From an uncultured Arcobacteraceae bacterium (lineage in GTDB: Bacteria; Campylobacterota; Campylobacteria; Campylobacterales; Arcobacteraceae): 64,000 nt of DNA. Below are positions 19,104-30,208 of the stretch, one piece after another (within the stretch, counting starts at the first letter, position 1; each line of letters starts with the position of its first letter). Below the pieces are notes generated by a model. That model ran no database searches, was not told the origin of the DNA, and saw nothing but the letters and a program-made list of their open reading frames with translations. The stretch is from contig CAXHZO010000010.1 of NCBI GenBank assembly GCA_964022095.1, positions 16,010-80,009 of the forward strand, given 5' to 3'. Both the position numbers and the translations under genes were made by a program.

Positions 19104-20723
19104 ATGTTTATGGAGCATTTAGCTTTGACTTATAAGTGTCACAGCTCAATAGGAAATAGTTTAGATTTAAAAAAGATGATTGAAGAAGTCTTACATACAT
19201 TTGTTGATGAAACAAATGCATTATCTGGCTATTTCTTTTTAATTGATGAAAATCATAATTTACATAAATATTTATCATATAAAGAAATATCTTGTTTTGA
19301 TGAAAATGAACTAAAAGATCATTTAAGTACTTTTAATATTTATGATTGTCCAAATAATAATTATAAAATCATAATTATGCCACTTACAAATGGTGCTATA
19401 TTTTTAGTATATGAAAACAAAGATATAAACTTTGAGTACATAGGTTCAATGTTCCAAGATTTAATTGTAAAATTAAATATTAGTATTGATGCATGTTTAA
19501 ATGTTCAAAGAATGAAAAACAAAAATAAAATGCTAAAACACTTAACACAAGAGTTAAAAGACCAACAAAAAGAGCTTATAGATTCAGATAAGTATAAAAG
19601 TAACTTTTTAGCAAATATGAGTCATGAATTGAAAACACCACTTAACTCAATCATAGTTTTATCTTCAATTATGAGAAAAAATAAAAACAATGCTTTAAGT
19701 GATGAGCATGTTAAAAACTTAAACATTATAAATAGTTGTGGAAACGATCTATTATATTTAATAAATGATATTTTAGATATTTCAAAAATTGAAGCAGGTG
19801 AAGTTTCACTAAGTTTAGCAAAAGTAAACATAAATGACTTAATTTCTTCACTTGTAGATGAAATGCGACCTATTGCTATTGAAAAAAAGCTAAATATAGA
19901 GTTTAATTGTCTTTTAGATGAAATAAACTTATTAACTGATTCTCATAGAATAAAACAGATAATTAAAAATCTTTTGAGTAATGCGATTAAATTTACTGAA
20001 GAGGGTTTAATTGATGTGATTTTAGAAGAGAATGCAAATGACATTTCCATAAAAGTTGTTGATCATGGTATTGGAATTGCAGAAGAAAAACTAAATCATA
20101 TTTTTGATAGATTCAAACAAGCAGATGGAAGTACAACTAGAAAATATGGGGGTACAGGTTTAGGTCTTGCTATTTCAAAAGAGTTAGCTAATTTATTAGG
20201 TGGTGATATAAAAGCCTTTAGTAAATTAGGTGAGGGAAGTAAGTTTGAAATAATTCTGCCTAAAAAAACAGATATAAAAAATATTTCTGATGATAGTGTT
20301 TCAATATCATCTCAAAATAATAGTGAAGAACAAGAGATAGAAGAGATTGTATTTTTTGATATGGATGCTGCTAATACAAGTGAAAATATGCAAAGTAAGA
20401 TTCAAAATGTAGTTCTTTTAAATTGTGATAAATTAACAATGTTTCCTATAGTTGTCCAACTAAAAAAATATGATATTGAATTAACTCAAGTTGATTCTTT
20501 AACTGATACTTTTGAACTTTTAGAAAAAGAGTATCAAGATTTAGTTGTTATAGATAAAGAAAATACTAAAACTGCCATTGATGAATTTTTAAACTATTGT
20601 AATGAACAGAATTCACAAGTTTTAATTTTATCAAATGATGATACTGAAGATGAAAAACATATAAATAAAGCAAATGTAAAAGAAAATTTAACAAAAGAAA
20701 TTTTAAAAAGATTAGGAAAATAG
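19104..20723 (+). CDS. Cytoplasmic hybrid-type histidine kinase with a degenerate C-terminal receiver
   Basis: FLANMSHELKTPLN, NLLSNAIKFT, DHGIGI, GGTGLGL; start chosen from SD AAAGG. Confidence 0.9.
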   Translation: MFMEHLALTYKCHSSIGNSLDLKKMIEEVLHTFVDETNALSGYFFLIDENHNLHKYLSYKEISCFDENELKDHLSTFNIYDCPNNNYKIIIMPLTNGAIFLVYENKDINFEYIGSMFQDLIVKLNISIDACLNVQRMKNKNKMLKHLTQELKDQQKELIDSDKYKSNFLANMSHELKTPLNSIIVLSSIMRKNKNNALSDEHVKNLNIINSCGNDLLYLINDILDISKIEAGEVSLSLAKVNINDLISSLVDEMRPIAIEKKLNIEFNCLLDEINLLTDSHRIKQIIKNLLSNAIKFTEEGLIDVILEENANDISIKVVDHGIGIAEEKLNHIFDRFKQADGSTTRKYGGTGLGLAISKELANLLGGDIKAFSKLGEGSKFEIILPKKTDIKNISDDSVSISSQNNSEEQEIEEIVFFDMDAANTSENMQSKIQNVVLLNCDKLTMFPIVVQLKKYDIELTQVDSLTDTFELLEKEYQDLVVIDKENTKTAIDEFLNYCNEQNSQVLILSNDDTEDEKHINKANVKENLTKEILKRLGK

Positions 20724-20724
20724 T

Positions 20725-21852
20725 ATGGAAAAGTTTAGAATATTATTAGTTGATGATGTACCTGAAAATATTTACTCTTTAAAAATGATGATTGAAGATA
20801 GTTTTGATGTAGAGATTTTTTCAGCTTTAAGTGCCCAAGAGGGTATGGAAATTTTAATGAAAGAAAAAATCCACCTAATTCTTACTGATGTTCAAATGCC
20901 AGAAATAGATGGATTTGAATTTGTAGAATATTTAAAGAATATTGATAAAACAAAAGATATTCCAGTTATTTTTATTACAGGAATTTATGATAAAGATGAA
21001 TACAAAACAAAAGGTTATGATTTAGGTGCTATTGAATATATTACTAAACCAATTCATGATGTATTATTAAACTCTAAATTAAAAGTTTATATTGATATTT
21101 TTGAAAAACAAAAAGAAGATGAAGAAGAGATTGTTGCAAAAGATGAGCTTTTAATGCATCAATCGAAAATGGCAACAATGGGTGAGATGATTGGAATTAT
21201 TGCTCATCAATTAAAACAGCCATTAAATATCTTATCTTTATATTGTAATGATGTAAAAGATTCTTATAAATATGAAGAAATTGATGATAAGTTTATTGAT
21301 GATTTTTCGAAAAATACAAAAGAACAAATTGATTATTTAAGTGAAACAATTGATGGATTTAGAGACTTTTTTAATCCAGATAAACAAAAAAGAGTTTTTG
21401 AAATTGAAAAAATCATAAATAAATCAGTAAAATTATTATCAAATAGAATAGAAACAGAAAAAATTACATTAAACATAGAAGTAAAAGAAGAAAAAGTTTA
21501 TGGTGTAGAAACAGAATTAGAACAAGTTATTATCAATATCTTAAATAATTCAATTGATGCTTTTATTGAAACACAAGTTGAGCTAAAAGAGATTAATATT
21601 AGTGTATTTGTTAAACAAAACTACACAATCTTAGTTATGGAAGATAGTGCAGGTGGAGTTCAAGAAGAAAAATTAGAAAAACTATTTGACCCATACTATA
21701 CAACAAAAAGTACAGGAACTGGAACAGGCCTTTATACTGTAAAGTTAGTTATTAAAAATAGTTTAGGAGGTGATTTAAAAGTTAATAATAGTGAAAAAGG
21801 CTTAAGGTATATTATTGCATTACCTCAAAAAGATATTAAGAAGAAGGAGTAG
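20725..21852 (+). CDS. Receiver-histidine kinase hybrid
   Basis: LLVDD, LTDVQMP, KP; IAHQLKQPL; GTGTGLY. Confidence 0.9.
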   Translation: MEKFRILLVDDVPENIYSLKMMIEDSFDVEIFSALSAQEGMEILMKEKIHLILTDVQMPEIDGFEFVEYLKNIDKTKDIPVIFITGIYDKDEYKTKGYDLGAIEYITKPIHDVLLNSKLKVYIDIFEKQKEDEEEIVAKDELLMHQSKMATMGEMIGIIAHQLKQPLNILSLYCNDVKDSYKYEEIDDKFIDDFSKNTKEQIDYLSETIDGFRDFFNPDKQKRVFEIEKIINKSVKLLSNRIETEKITLNIEVKEEKVYGVETELEQVIINILNNSIDAFIETQVELKEINISVFVKQNYTILVMEDSAGGVQEEKLEKLFDPYYTTKSTGTGTGLYTVKLVIKNSLGGDLKVNNSEKGLRYIIALPQKDIKKKE

Positions 21853-23089
21853 TTAGCTCTTTTATTTTAGCCTCTAAAGAGTCTATAACATCTTCTAAAT
21901 CTTTTATTCTTTTATTCTTTTGCTCATTTGTTTCCATAAGAAGTTTTAACTCTTTTTTTGTTGCTAATACTTCATTTTCATACTCTTTGTTCTTATTTTT
22001 AAGGGTTAACTTATCATTTTTTAATTCATTTATTTGTCTTGCTTGTTCATCTCTTTTGTTACTTAATTCTTTCATAAATTTATCATATTTATTGTCTACA
22101 TTATGCATTTGAAGTTCATAATGGTCAAGTTGTTTTTGTCTACTAAGTGTTTTTTCTTTTTCTGTTTTTAGTTCATCTAGTAATCTTGGAACTTGGCTAT
22201 CTAAAGTTGATAGTTTCTCTTGTTGTTCAAGTATTAGTTTTTTATACTTTAATTCATTTTTTTTAAACTCTTGAATAGCTTTCATAACTTTCTTTTTGAA
22301 TTCTCTTTTTTCAATATTCTCATCATTTAATGAAAATCCTATTGTTATAAATTCATCACAATCTGGGGATAATTTAAAGATAGAACATTTAAGATAGAAA
22401 GATTGTTTATCCTTTGTAATAAACTTTGTATTACCTGTCCATGGTTTATCACTTTTAATACTTTCCCAACTTTTTTTAATAGAATCTTTTGGAATATCAG
22501 GATGAATTAGTTCATAAAAAGTTTTTTCTAGTAATTCTTCTTTATTATATTGAGTGATTTCAAGGGTTAAATCATTTGCACTTAGAACTTTACCTTCTAA
22601 ATCAACTTTATAAATTATGGCTACTTTGTTAATACCACTTATATAATTATCTAATTCAGTTTTTGCTTCATCTAATTGCTCTTGAATAAACTGCTTTTCA
22701 CAAATATCATATATTATTTGGATAAGTTTATCCATATCGATTGGCTTTAATACATAATGACTAACATTAAGTTCTACAGCTCTTAAAATATTTTCACTTT
22801 CATTTCTAGCTGTGGTATAAATTAAAGGAATCTCTTGATCTACTTTTCTTATGTTTTCAAGCATTTCTAAGCCATTCATAACTGGCATATTTATATCTGA
22901 TATGATGATATTGATTTTTTCTTTTGTGTTTAAGCTTTCGTTATATTTATCTAACCCTTCTTTACCATTTTCACAAACAATAACTTTTTTGAAAAGTTTT
23001 GATAATAGTTTTGACAGTTTATCTCTTGCTACTTGTTCATCTTCAACAAATAACACAGTTAGATTTTTAAGGTAAACTCTATTAATCAT
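21836..23089 (-). CDS. Response regulator with PAS and coiled-coil domains
   Basis: FVEDE, ISDINMP, KP, PAS (HPD), heptad-rich C-terminus. Confidence 0.88.
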   Translation of the reverse strand: MINRVYLKNLTVLFVEDEQVARDKLSKLLSKLFKKVIVCENGKEGLDKYNESLNTKEKINIIISDINMPVMNGLEMLENIRKVDQEIPLIYTTARNESENILRAVELNVSHYVLKPIDMDKLIQIIYDICEKQFIQEQLDEAKTELDNYISGINKVAIIYKVDLEGKVLSANDLTLEITQYNKEELLEKTFYELIHPDIPKDSIKKSWESIKSDKPWTGNTKFITKDKQSFYLKCSIFKLSPDCDEFITIGFSLNDENIEKREFKKKVMKAIQEFKKNELKYKKLILEQQEKLSTLDSQVPRLLDELKTEKEKTLSRQKQLDHYELQMHNVDNKYDKFMKELSNKRDEQARQINELKNDKLTLKNKNKEYENEVLATKKELKLLMETNEQKNKRIKDLEDVIDSLEAKIKELTTPSS

Positions 23090-23158
23090 TAGAAGCCTTT
23101 ATTATAATTATCAATTTTAGCGAAAATTATTTAAAGGTTTCTATTATAAATAAGTTTT

Positions 23159-23908
23159 TTATGAATAAGACATAATTTTTGGAGGGAATTCCTTAAATGC
23201 CTCTTTTACTGAATTACTTATTGAGTTTTTATATTTGTTATTTTGGTCTACATGTGAGAATTGAAGATACTCTATACAACCTTGTTCTGATTTTTCTTCT
23301 TTATAAATATAAACAATTTTTTTACCTAATTTTATAGTATTGTCATAAATTAGTTTTGCATAATCGTTTATGTAAGGGAACTCTTTTTGACTGATTTTAT
23401 CTCCCCATGAGAAGAACACAAATTTACCATTTGGAATATAGTTTTGTGCATCGATATACATAATATCTCTATCAAATTCTGTGTTTTGTTTAGAATTGTA
23501 TTTTTCTAAATCTTCATTAAATTTAATAAGAAGTTTAGATGAATCAATATTTTTTTCAACTAAGTTAAACAGTGATTTGATTTCTACTATTTTCCCCTTA
23601 CAAGTATCTCTCATAGCTTGTTTAAATATTGTTAAATAATTTTCAACTTTTAATTCAATCATCTTATCAAAATCTTCAAAATCTTGATCTAATAAAAATT
23701 TCTTTGAGTCAAATCCCATAGGAATAGCAATAGGGTTATATAAAATAACCGTTCCTATAATATTTTTCTTTCTTAGTTTTCCAGTTTTGATTTTATCTTT
23801 TAACTCTTTTGCAGTGATTACATCTTCTTCGTCGTGGTTGAAGTACATATAACTTTCAGTTAAAAAAATCTCTTCATATTTAGTTTCTATTGTTCCAAAA
23901 TATTGCAT
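23159..23908 (-). CDS. Hypothetical protein
   Basis: 249-aa ORF with SD AAGGA. Confidence 0.7.
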   Translation of the reverse strand: MQYFGTIETKYEEIFLTESYMYFNHDEEDVITAKELKDKIKTGKLRKKNIIGTVILYNPIAIPMGFDSKKFLLDQDFEDFDKMIELKVENYLTIFKQAMRDTCKGKIVEIKSLFNLVEKNIDSSKLLIKFNEDLEKYNSKQNTEFDRDIMYIDAQNYIPNGKFVFFSWGDKISQKEFPYINDYAKLIYDNTIKLGKKIVYIYKEEKSEQGCIEYLQFSHVDQNNKYKNSISNSVKEAFKEFPPKIMSYS

Positions 23909-23947
23909 TTAAATCCTTTTTGATTTTGAAATATTAGCAAATTATTA

Positions 23948-25453
23948 CTAAAGGCTTTGTTCAGCGTTATAATTAAGCTCTAAATTTGCTAGTTCAATTG
24001 CTTTTTTAGCTCTGGTTGCCGCTACATAATATATATTTAACTCTTCAATTGCTCTTGTATAAGTTAGTGGATTTTTTGTATTAAATAAATCTTTTTTGGT
24101 AATAAAATCATCAGCCATAATAACTTGTTCATACTCTAAACCCTTTGCTTTATGGGTAGTTGTAAATATAATATCAGCTTGAGATTTATCATTTACTAGT
24201 TTTGTTTTTATTTTTTTATTTATCTCAAAAATATTATCACCATATGCGTTGATAAATTTTATGACATTTAAGTAATCTTGATTTTTTGTGTCTTTTGCAA
24301 ATTGTTCTAAATCATATATTGATTCAAAATCTTTTATCTCATCAATTGTAATTTTATCATTTTTCTTTTGTTTTAAGTAAAAAATAGAATAAACAGTTTG
24401 ATTCATAAATGAGTATGAACCATATCCACCTTCAAAATATATTTTGTAATCATCATGTATAAAGTGAACAATTTTTTGAACTAAACCAAAAGTAGTTCGA
24501 GCAATAATACAAACTGGTTTTTTCATATCTATATTATCTGCCCCAATTAAAGTTTTTGTATCCATTCCTGATATTTTAAGTTTATATGATGATTTAACTT
24601 CATAAAGTTTATTTAAATTAGTTTTTAAAACCTTTGCAAAGTCATTTGAAAATCTAAAAGACTTAGTTAAATCATATGAGGGTAAATCTATTTTATTTAA
24701 AGCATTTGTTGCATACCTAAAAGAGTATATTTGCTGAAAAGAATCACCTACATAGATTCTATCACAACTTTGTGCTTCTACAATACCGATCATAACATCT
24801 GAAATATCTTGTGCTTCATCTACAAAGATTAAATCAAAGCCAAGGTTACTACAAGCTCTTTTATTTAGAAAAAACATCTTTAAATAAAAATCATGGGTTG
24901 CTTCAATAATTTTATTTTTCATTGAAGATAAGATATGTTTTAGGTGGCCTAAAACTTTTTTTTCATTATTCAAAAGTTCTAATATTTTTGCATCTAAATC
25001 AGATTGTTTTTTATATGTATTTAAAAGTTTCTTATCTAAAGCAACTAATGAGCTGTTGCAATAAAAGTTAACTAAATCTTTAAGTAGAGTTAAGTACTCT
25101 GGCGTTGGGTAGTATTGCTTTTGATGGGTGATTTGCTCATACCCACATATAACCTTTTCTAAAATAGCTATTTTTAAATCTTGAGTTAGATTGTATTGAT
25201 AAGCTGCAATTTTATTATATGCAAGGGAGTGAATTGTACTAACAAACATATTTGATAATTTATAACTTTTTAGTTTTTCTTGTAATTCTATTTGTAATGA
25301 CTTATTGTATGCTAAATATAAAATCTTCAAATGGGAGTTTTTTCTTGCATATTCAAGAAGTGTAGTTGTCTTACCACTTCCTGCTACAGCGTTTATTTTA
25401 AAAGATTTATCAGGTGAGTTTATAATTTTTGATTGTTCATTAGTTAAAGTCAT
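23948..25453 (-). CDS. UvrD/SF1 family helicase
   Basis: AVAGSGKTT, VDEAQD, VGDSFQQIYSFR, THKAKGLEY, YVAATRAK. Confidence 0.92.
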   Translation of the reverse strand: MTLTNEQSKIINSPDKSFKINAVAGSGKTTTLLEYARKNSHLKILYLAYNKSLQIELQEKLKSYKLSNMFVSTIHSLAYNKIAAYQYNLTQDLKIAILEKVICGYEQITHQKQYYPTPEYLTLLKDLVNFYCNSSLVALDKKLLNTYKKQSDLDAKILELLNNEKKVLGHLKHILSSMKNKIIEATHDFYLKMFFLNKRACSNLGFDLIFVDEAQDISDVMIGIVEAQSCDRIYVGDSFQQIYSFRYATNALNKIDLPSYDLTKSFRFSNDFAKVLKTNLNKLYEVKSSYKLKISGMDTKTLIGADNIDMKKPVCIIARTTFGLVQKIVHFIHDDYKIYFEGGYGSYSFMNQTVYSIFYLKQKKNDKITIDEIKDFESIYDLEQFAKDTKNQDYLNVIKFINAYGDNIFEINKKIKTKLVNDKSQADIIFTTTHKAKGLEYEQVIMADDFITKKDLFNTKNPLTYTRAIEELNIYYVAATRAKKAIELANLELNYNAEQSL

Positions 25454-25498
25454 TGTGAAATTGTAGCAAGAGTTAATAAATAAAGAATAAATCTTTAT

Positions 25499-26320
25499 TT
25501 AAAGATCATCTAAAGCTCTGTCTTGTAGAGTTTTGATTGCTTTTTTTAAAGAATTTGTATCTAATCCAAATTCATCAGATAGTTTCAATCCTTCATTTAT
25601 ATAATTTTCATCTAATAATGCATTTGGTGTACAAATAGTTTTGATAACTTTTAATATTTGACATCTTTGTTTGTACTGGCTTTCACAATTTTCAACATCA
25701 TCAATGTATTTTATAATTTGAACAAAATCATTATTTAGTTTCCAATGTTCAAATATCATTGCAGTCATTTGTGCTGTTGTTATTCCAAGTAAATCTTTTT
25801 CTACATCACTTGTTTTTTTATTTGTTGCTATTTGTTTTTTAAATTCATCTGATATGCTTTTTTCAGCTATTAGTTCAGCTAAAATAGTTTTTCCAACTCT
25901 TTGTAAAAGTGATGGTAATATAAGTTCATCTCTTAATTGAGGGTTAGTTTTGTTAAACCACAAATTTACAAGATTTACTGATAATACATTTGCTTCTTTT
26001 AAATCTTCAGTTGTATATCCATAGGGCTTTAAGTCTCCTATTAATAGAGTTTGAACACTTTCACTTATAGCTACGTATAGTGTAAATTTAACTCCAAGCA
26101 AGTTAATTAGTCTTTTTAATGTCTCAACTTTTGATCTAAACCCAAACATTGCTGAATTTGCAACTTTTAAAAGTGTTGATACTAAAATTGCATCATCTTG
26201 AAGTATTAAAACTAATTCTTCTACTTCTTGATTTTCTTGTCTTCTAAACTCTTCTATTTTTGTTATAGATTCTGGTAGTGGTGGCAATGAATCTATTTTA
26301 TGGATTATTTCACTTATCAA
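25499..26320 (-). CDS. HDOD-domain protein
   Basis: LPPLP, LLKVANSAMFG, EHWKL. Confidence 0.88.
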   Translation of the reverse strand: MISEIIHKIDSLPPLPESITKIEEFRRQENQEVEELVLILQDDAILVSTLLKVANSAMFGFRSKVETLKRLINLLGVKFTLYVAISESVQTLLIGDLKPYGYTTEDLKEANVLSVNLVNLWFNKTNPQLRDELILPSLLQRVGKTILAELIAEKSISDEFKKQIATNKKTSDVEKDLLGITTAQMTAMIFEHWKLNNDFVQIIKYIDDVENCESQYKQRCQILKVIKTICTPNALLDENYINEGLKLSDEFGLDTNSLKKAIKTLQDRALDDL

Positions 26321-26506
26321 AAATTACCTTTTTTAAAAATAATATTAGTAAGAACTATTTAATAATATTATTGTAATTGATAAATTATATAGTAAAAATA
26401 TTTAAATTAGAGAATGAAATTTACAAAATCTTATATTTAAATCATACTATTATGTTACTATATTAAAATATAATAATTTAAAAGAAATAAAATAATGGAG
26501 AGAGAC

Positions 26507-28360
26507 ATGAGCTTAAAAAACAAAGTTATTGGAGCATTTATAGTATTATTGTTTATTACTATTGTAAGTAGCTTGTTTATATCAAATAATATTTCTGATA
26601 TAAAAACAAATGTAAAAGATTTATCAAATGAAAGTTTTAATGGTATTACTGTTTTACTTGAAGCTGATAGAGATTCTTATCAATCAAATGTTGCATTGAG
26701 TCAAATAATGCAATTAAAAAATAATGAGAAAATTGATAAGCTAATAAAGAAAGGTGTAAATGATAATTTACTTCAAGTTAGACAAAGATTTGATAAGTTT
26801 AAAGCAAGATTAGAAAAAGATTTAAGATCAAATAAAAAAGAGTTTCTAGCTTTTGACGAATATTATAGTTTAACAAAAAAACATACTGAAAAAATTGTTT
26901 TATTAGTTAAAAATGGAAATAAAACTGAAGCTCGAGATTTATATTTTAATAATTATTTGAAAGATTATTCATCTATGAGAGATTTAATTGATTTCTTTAC
27001 AGAAGCCACTTATAAAGTTGCAGATATAAATAAAAAAAATGTAGATAATCTAATTTCACTTTCTCTAAATACTTTTGTAGTAATTACGCTACTAAGTATT
27101 TTTATAACTTTAGTTTTTGTTTATTTAATCGGAAAAACATTAAATGACTCATTATTAAAACTTGAGAATGGTTTATTAAACTTCTTTAGGTTCTTAAATA
27201 AAGAGACAAAAGATGTAGAATTACTTGATACTTCTTCAAAGGATGAAATATCAAAAATGGCTGCTGTAATTAATGAGAATATTGAAAAAACTAGAGGTAT
27301 TATTCATCAAGATGAGGAATTCATTGGAAATGTAAGTATTATAGTAAATAATGTAAAAGATGGAAATTTAAAAAATAAAATTGATGCTCAAACCTCTTCA
27401 GAGTCTTTAATTGAATTAAAAAGAATTTTTAATGAAATGTTAGAAGTTCTATCTTCAAAAGTAGCAACAGATTTAAATGAAGTGCAAAAAGCAATGAATG
27501 AATATAAAAACTATAATTTTTCATACAAAATTCAAAACTCTAAAGGTAATTTTGTTGATGCTTTAAATGAAATTGCAAACACAGTAAGCAGTATGCTTGT
27601 ACTAAACAAAAACAATGGATTATTTCTTAAAACAAACTCTAATGAGTTATTACAAAATGTTGATAAATTAAGTTCTGCATCAACACAAGCAGCAGCAAGT
27701 ATTGAGCAAACTGCAGCAGCATTAGAAGAGATTACTAGTAACATGGCAGGAAATACACAAAATGTAGTAAAAATGGTTCAATATGCAAACGAATTAACTC
27801 ACTCTGCTAATACTGGTGAAAAACTAGCGGCTGATACTACAAACTCTATGGAAGAAATAAATGAACAAGTTTCAACTATAAATGAAGCTATTAGTGTAAT
27901 TGATCAAATATCATTTCAAACAAATATTTTATCATTAAATGCAGCTGTTGAAGCAGCGACTGCAGGTGAAGCTGGAAAAGGTTTTGCTGTTGTTGCACAA
28001 GAAGTTAGAAACTTAGCAACGAGAAGTGGTGAAGCAGCAAATGAAATTAAAGCAATTGTAGAAAATGCTACAAGTAAGGCAAATGATGGTAAGGTCATTG
28101 CAAACCAAATGATTACTGGATACGAAAAATTAAGTAGCAATATTTCAAATACAATGGAATTAATTAAAGGTATTGAATCAAGTATAAAAGAGCAACAAAC
28201 GGGAATTGAGCAAATCAGTAATGCAGTTAATTCTCTAGATAAACAAACTCAAGAGAATGCAACAGTTGCAAGTTATTCAAAAGATATTGCAGTTAAAACA
28301 GAGTCAATCGCACAAGAAATTTTATCAGATGTTGAGAATAAAAACTTCGATGGAAAGTAG
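26507..28360 (+). CDS. Methyl-accepting chemotaxis protein
   Basis: Two TMs; [34 protein letters not shown]. Confidence 0.95.
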   Translation: MSLKNKVIGAFIVLLFITIVSSLFISNNISDIKTNVKDLSNESFNGITVLLEADRDSYQSNVALSQIMQLKNNEKIDKLIKKGVNDNLLQVRQRFDKFKARLEKDLRSNKKEFLAFDEYYSLTKKHTEKIVLLVKNGNKTEARDLYFNNYLKDYSSMRDLIDFFTEATYKVADINKKNVDNLISLSLNTFVVITLLSIFITLVFVYLIGKTLNDSLLKLENGLLNFFRFLNKETKDVELLDTSSKDEISKMAAVINENIEKTRGIIHQDEEFIGNVSIIVNNVKDGNLKNKIDAQTSSESLIELKRIFNEMLEVLSSKVATDLNEVQKAMNEYKNYNFSYKIQNSKGNFVDALNEIANTVSSMLVLNKNNGLFLKTNSNELLQNVDKLSSASTQAAASIEQTAAALEEITSNMAGNTQNVVKMVQYANELTHSANTGEKLAADTTNSMEEINEQVSTINEAISVIDQISFQTNILSLNAAVEAATAGEAGKGFAVVAQEVRNLATRSGEAANEIKAIVENATSKANDGKVIANQMITGYEKLSSNISNTMELIKGIESSIKEQQTGIEQISNAVNSLDKQTQENATVASYSKDIAVKTESIAQEILSDVENKNFDGK

Positions 28361-28363
28361 AGA

Positions 28364-30208
28364 TTAGTTATTAAAAACTCTTCTTGTTCCATCTTTTTTA
28401 ATATCAGAAAAGTTATCTAAATAGTCTAAATAGGCTATTAGATATTTTCTACTTAGTTCAAATTTATCTTTTAAATTTGATATTTCTATAAAGCCTTCAT
28501 TTTTGATGATATCTTTCATTATTTTTACCATTTTATTTAGGCTTTCAAAATGTATAAAAATATTGTGTTGTAGTCTTATAACTTGTTTTTTTGATGTAAG
28601 TGATTTAAGTACATTATCTCCAAGTTTTCTATCGATATCTAAATCATCGTAGATATTATACGGTGCAGTTGGTGCTATGTCTTCTTTTTTTAGTCTTTCT
28701 AAAACTATATTTTGTAGATCTTTTTTTATATCTTCTTTTATGATGGCATTTTGATATAAGTTCGTATCAAACTTTAAAAATCCTTCATTTACTAGTTCAT
28801 CAAGTACAATTTGAATAAAATTTTTACTAGCCCATTTTAATCGTAAGTTAATAGCTGCATTTGAAAGTAGGGCATAGTTGTTTTTTATATAGATGTCTTT
28901 GATATAGTTTTTTACAATCTCTTTTGTATCTACAGGATAGATAATTAAAGCATCTTCATCTACAAAAACATTTTCAAGCTTTTTTGCAAACTCTATAGCA
29001 TCACTATGGCTTAGTGCAAATCTTTGTGTTGAAGAGATGATTCCAAGACCTTTTTTATGAGCATTTAATAACTCTTCATAAGCCTTTACAAAATCTTTTT
29101 TATCTAAAGCTTCTAATAGAGCTTTCTTTTGATGTTTTCTCATAGGATCAATCACTGGATTTAAAACACTTCCACCACAAATAGTGTCATTTCCCCTTCT
29201 AAGTATTATTTTCTCTCCAAAGATTGTATATAGTTTTTCTTCTGCTTTAATAGTGGCAAATCCATTTGATGCTTTATCTGTAGTATCAAATAGTAAAACT
29301 TTTACTTCAATTTTCTTTGCACCTATAAAAAGTGAATATGTTTGATTATGTTTTAACTCTTTGTTTTTTAAACACTTAAAAGAGATATCAATACCATCAA
29401 AACCTCTTACGAAACCTTTTTTAGTAATTAGGTCACCTTTTCTAACTTGGTTTACATTTATACCTTGTAAGTTTAAGGCAGCTCTATTTGAGATATTTGC
29501 CTCTAAGACATTGTTATTGTGTACTTGGATATTTTTTAGTTTTGTTTCTTTTTGAGCTTGAGCTATAAATACTTTTTCATTTAACTCACAAGCTTTTCCT
29601 AAAACAGTACCAGTTACAACTGTACCAATACCTTTAGGAGAGAAAACTCTATCTACATAATATCTAAAGAAATTCTCAGGTTCTTTAGTCGATTTTTTTA
29701 TACTAAATAGCTGTTTTTTTAAATCACTAATTGATTTTTCATCATAAATAGAAACTTCACTTATAAATTTAACTTCAAAATCATAAGCACTTAAAAACTC
29801 TAAAATAGAATTTTTTTGAGATACTAATTGTTCTTTATTTACTAAGTCTTTTTTTGTAAGAACTACAATAATCTCTTTTAATCCTAAAAGATTTATGATT
29901 TCTATGTGCTCAACTGTTTGGGGCATGATACCCTCAGATGCACTTATAACTAACATCACATAATCAAAGCCAAAAGCACCTGCAATCATATTTTTCACTA
30001 ACTTCTCATGTCCTGGAACATCAATGAAAGCTATGTTTTGATTATCTTTACTTAGATTTGAAAAAGATAAATCTATAGTGATACCTCTTTTTTGCTCTTC
30101 ATCTGTACTATCCCCTTCAAAACCATTTAAAGCTTTGATAAGTGCAGTTTTACCATGGTCAATATGTCCTGCTGTTCCTATGATGATATTTGTACTCATA
30201 TCTGACAT
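28364..30208 (-). CDS. selB: Selenocysteine-specific elongation factor
   Basis: GTAGHIDHGKT, RGITIDL, DVPGHE, C-terminal SRKY winged helix. Confidence 0.97.
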   Translation of the reverse strand: MSDMSTNIIIGTAGHIDHGKTALIKALNGFEGDSTDEEQKRGITIDLSFSNLSKDNQNIAFIDVPGHEKLVKNMIAGAFGFDYVMLVISASEGIMPQTVEHIEIINLLGLKEIIVVLTKKDLVNKEQLVSQKNSILEFLSAYDFEVKFISEVSIYDEKSISDLKKQLFSIKKSTKEPENFFRYYVDRVFSPKGIGTVVTGTVLGKACELNEKVFIAQAQKETKLKNIQVHNNNVLEANISNRAALNLQGINVNQVRKGDLITKKGFVRGFDGIDISFKCLKNKELKHNQTYSLFIGAKKIEVKVLLFDTTDKASNGFATIKAEEKLYTIFGEKIILRRGNDTICGGSVLNPVIDPMRKHQKKALLEALDKKDFVKAYEELLNAHKKGLGIISSTQRFALSHSDAIEFAKKLENVFVDEDALIIYPVDTKEIVKNYIKDIYIKNNYALLSNAAINLRLKWASKNFIQIVLDELVNEGFLKFDTNLYQNAIIKEDIKKDLQNIVLERLKKEDIAPTAPYNIYDDLDIDRKLGDNVLKSLTSKKQVIRLQHNIFIHFESLNKMVKIMKDIIKNEGFIEISNLKDKFELSRKYLIAYLDYLDNFSDIKKDGTRRVFNN

